Origin: Vicinamibacterales bacterium
GTDB lineage: Bacteria > Acidobacteriota > Vicinamibacteria > Vicinamibacterales > UBA2999
NCBI GenBank assembly: GCA_964202965.1
Contig: CAXNKG010000003.1
Location: 23,032-87,031 of the forward strand
DNA: 64,000 bases
Direction: 5' to 3'
Shown here: piece by piece, positions 61,801 through 64,000 of the stretch
How the letters are laid out: the number at the start of each line of letters is the position of its first letter
How positions within the stretch are numbered: the first letter of the stretch is position 1
Notes under the pieces: model-generated
The model's input: the letters and a program-made list of their open reading frames with translations, nothing else
What the model was told of the DNA's origin: nothing
Database searches by the model: none
Position numbers and translations under genes: made by a program

Positions 61801-62316
61801 CTAGTACGACGTACTAGGGGTTCCTGAAGTTCCTAGGGTTCCTGAGGTTCCTAGGGTTCCTGAGGTTCCTAGGGTTCCTGAGGTTCCTAGGGTTCCTGGG
61901 GTTCCTGGAGTGCCTGAAGTTCCTGGGGTGCCGCCGACCTGGGGCTCGTATTTCGACGGGCACTTCGCGGTCATGCTGGTCGCGTGGAAGCCGTCCTCCG
62001 CGAGCGTGCCCTGAAGCACCACCTCAGACTCGTTCTTGAACGTGTCGGGAACGACGCCCGTATACGTGGCGCGTACCACGTGCCCCTTGCTGTGCATCTC
62101 GAAGCTGTAGTCGAGGGAGTCGCGCTTGCGGCGGATGTCCCTGGCGTAGCCGTGAATCTGGAGCGGCTTGCCGTACCAGGGTGCCGGCTGGACCATCACT
62201 TCCTCGACGTGCTTGTAGTACTGCGCGCTCTCGCCGAGCGTGGAATAGAGCAGCCCCCCGAAGGCGAGGGTCAGCACCACGCCGGTGATCCCGATTTTCG
62301 CGGCTTTGTGACTCAT
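61801..62316 (-). CDS. ccmE: haem chaperone CcmE, CxxxY variant with Gly-Thr-X repeat tail
   Basis: ATG 62316 ([23 protein letters not shown]). OB-fold core. MTAKCPSKY aligns where canonical CcmE has the HxxxY haem-binding motif. The tail is [43 protein letters not shown]. Confidence 0.88.
   Translation of the reverse strand: MSHKAAKIGITGVVLTLAFGGLLYSTLGESAQYYKHVEEVMVQPAPWYGKPLQIHGYARDIRRKRDSLDYSFEMHSKGHVVRATYTGVVPDTFKNESEVVLQGTLAEDGFHATSMTAKCPSKYEPQVGGTPGTSGTPGTPGTLGTSGTLGTSGTLGTSGTLGTSGTPSTSY
61818..61934. repeat. 13 tandem 9-bp units (GGTTCCTNR) inside the ccmE 3' end
   Basis: The 18-bp unit GGTTCCTGAGGTTCCTAG occurs about 4 times, flanked by degenerate 9-mers. It shares the GGTTCC core with the array at 35044..35129. 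Confidence 0.9.
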
Positions 62317-62345
62317 AGGTAAGGACTTCTGCCCCTCAGGTGCCC

Positions 62346-62909
62346 TCAGGATACCAATATTCCCGCGTTCTTGCACAGGTCGTAGACAAGGCCAACCGGC
62401 AGCCCGACCACATTCGTATAGGGGCCGGAAATCGTCGTCACAAAGCGCGAGGCCAGCCCCTGGATCGCATACGCGCCCGCCTTGTCCGAGGGCTCGCCAG
62501 ACGCCACGTACCAGTCGATGTCCCCGTCCGTGAGCGGCGCGAAGTGGACGGTGGTGGATGCGATCTCCGTCTGGAGCGCCCCAAACGCGAGGCAGACCCC
62601 CGTCAACACCACGTGCGCTCGCCCCGACAGCATCCGCAGCATCCGCTTCGCGTCCGCTGCGTCAGCCGGCTTTCCGAGAATGTCGTCCCCGCAGACGACC
62701 ACCGTATCGGCCCCGAGCACCGGCCGCCCCGCTGCCCTGTCAATCACCGCGCGTGCCTTGGCTTCGGCGAGCCGCGCGACGTAGGCGTCCGCAGCTTCGC
62801 CGTCGCGCCGCGTCTCGTCGACGTCCGCCGTCAGCACGTCGAACGCGATGCCCGCCGCGCGGAGCAGCTCGGCTCGTCTGGGTGACGCCGACGCCAGGAC
62901 TAGCCGCAC
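62346..62909 (-). CDS. maf: Maf-family nucleoside triphosphate pyrophosphatase
   Basis: [29 protein letters not shown]. Confidence 0.9.
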   Translation of the reverse strand: MRLVLASASPRRAELLRAAGIAFDVLTADVDETRRDGEAADAYVARLAEAKARAVIDRAAGRPVLGADTVVVCGDDILGKPADAADAKRMLRMLSGRAHVVLTGVCLAFGALQTEIASTTVHFAPLTDGDIDWYVASGEPSDKAGAYAIQGLASRFVTTISGPYTNVVGLPVGLVYDLCKNAGILVS

Positions 62910-62919
62910 CGTCGCACCA

Positions 62920-64000
62920 CTACCGTGCCGTGTCTGGCGTCCAGTTTTGGATGAGCGTGATCGGTGCGGTCGCCTCGTCCAGGCCCGTGTTGATCAGGAT
63001 CCGGCCGTCCCGGGCGATGTCGTAATTCGTTCCCACACCCAGGTCCGTGCCGACCCCGACGATCCGGGTCCGAAAGAGCGCCACCGGCCGGCCGGGTTCC
63101 AGCGTCGCGCCGCGGACGGCGATCGGCGCCGCCATCAGGGTCCCATCCGGCGCGAGGTACAGGATCTCCCTGCCCCCGGGCCCCCACCGGGGAGTGATCC
63201 CGCCCGTCGTCGACACCTGCCACTGCCCGCCGCCGCGTCCTTCGGCCGCGCCTGGAGCGGCGGGTCCCGAAAAGGGCCGCACATGAATCTCAAACCGTCC
63301 CGATTCGTTCGACTGATACGCCACCCAGCGCCCATCCGTGGAAAACTGGGCCCGCCGTTCATCGAACGGCGTCTTCAGCCACACCACCGGCGTGCGATCG
63401 CCGGCCAGGGGGACGACCCAGAGGTCCCACGATGTTTGCGGATCGAGGCTGTGATAGAGGAGGAACCGGCCGTCGGACGACCAATCACTCGCAGACTTGT
63501 CCTGCGGCGATGCCACCAGCAGGTCGTCGCTCCCGCCGCCGCTCGCGAGCTTCTGATAGAGATCGCGGCGGCCCGTCCGATTCGAGTCGAAGACGATCCG
63601 GCTCCCATCCGGCGACCAGAGGGGAAAGAGATCGAGACTGGGGTCGAAGGTGACGCGGGTCGTCCGGTCCGCGTCCAGGAGCCAGATGTCGATGTTACCC
63701 TGCACCCTGCGGCGAACCACCACCCGGCGGCCGTCGGGGGACAAACGCGGATTCAGGAGACCGTTCTCATCCGGCGCGCCCACTGTGCCCAGTACCTGGC
63801 CCGCGCGGTCGAACCAGGTCAGTTGACGCCGGGTGCTCCCGCCCGACCGGTACGCCACCAAGCCGGTCGCCGAAACCGACACGGCTCTGGCAAGAGAATT
63901 CCCGTCGATCGCGATCTGGTCGGCCACGGTGACCGGATCGCCGGTCAGCGCCCGCCGCGTCAGGTCCAGGCGCTGGGCCAGCAAGGTGCCGCCGCGGACA
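62920..64000 (-). CDS. TolB-like beta-propeller C-terminal region of a large protein (5' end beyond the right edge; probably a Ser/Thr kinase fusion)
   Basis: Repeated PxxSPDGxxxxF blades ([40 protein letters not shown]). C-terminal PITLIQNW as in the remnant at 48428..48805. The frame stays open to position 64000. Confidence 0.8.
   Translation of the reverse strand, partial: VRGGTLLAQRLDLTRRALTGDPVTVADQIAIDGNSLARAVSVSATGLVAYRSGGSTRRQLTWFDRAGQVLGTVGAPDENGLLNPRLSPDGRRVVVRRRVQGNIDIWLLDADRTTRVTFDPSLDLFPLWSPDGSRIVFDSNRTGRRDLYQKLASGGGSDDLLVASPQDKSASDWSSDGRFLLYHSLDPQTSWDLWVVPLAGDRTPVVWLKTPFDERRAQFSTDGRWVAYQSNESGRFEIHVRPFSGPAAPGAAEGRGGGQWQVSTTGGITPRWGPGGREILYLAPDGTLMAAPIAVRGATLEPGRPVALFRTRIVGVGTDLGVGTNYDIARDGRILINTGLDEATAPITLIQNWTPDTAR

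Overview
Visibly GC-rich, gene-dense chromosomal segment. It is probably from an Acidobacteriota-like bacterium; this is an inference from the CarboxypepD_reg-type TonB receptor, the kinase/TolB-propeller proteins and remnants, and two sigma-54-type activators. About three quarters of the genes are on the minus strand, often with translationally coupled overlaps (GTGA, ATGA, TGATG). Most content is housekeeping: secA, guaB, tsaE, nnr, gcvT-gcvH-gcvP, RNase P RNA, a DegP-like protease, ligA, a polyprenyl synthase, tatD, metG, larC, radC, dapF, dtd, ttcA, an IMPase, aroA-aroK and maf. Because of the GC content, nearly every real gene has a long antisense or out-of-frame shadow ORF in the track, and I rejected those. 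No tRNA, rRNA or CRISPR was seen. Four things deserve a second look. (1) A variant System I cytochrome c maturation operon (55.0-62.3 kb). Its CcmE carries CxxxY instead of HxxxY and ends in a (Gly-Thr-X)13 tail. Its CcmF is fused in frame to a CcmH-like domain with CxCxC. Two uncharacterised membrane proteins sit between ccmF and ccmA, and an alternative CcmD and a 48-aa TM peptide close the operon. (2) A recurrent family of heptanucleotide tandem arrays, some forming long hairpins, in very short intergenic gaps at 20.1, 35.1, 40.5, 50.3, 52.4 and 56.1 kb. (3) A decaying accessory patch at 5.6-8.0 kb with a TPR-like remnant and a hybrid histidine kinase gutted by a deletion that left an IS3-family end. 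A further kinase remnant lies at 48.4-48.8 kb. (4) gcvT appears to need a non-AUG/GUG/UUG start, and it lies directly behind an enhancer-binding protein whose GAFTGA loop is degenerate.
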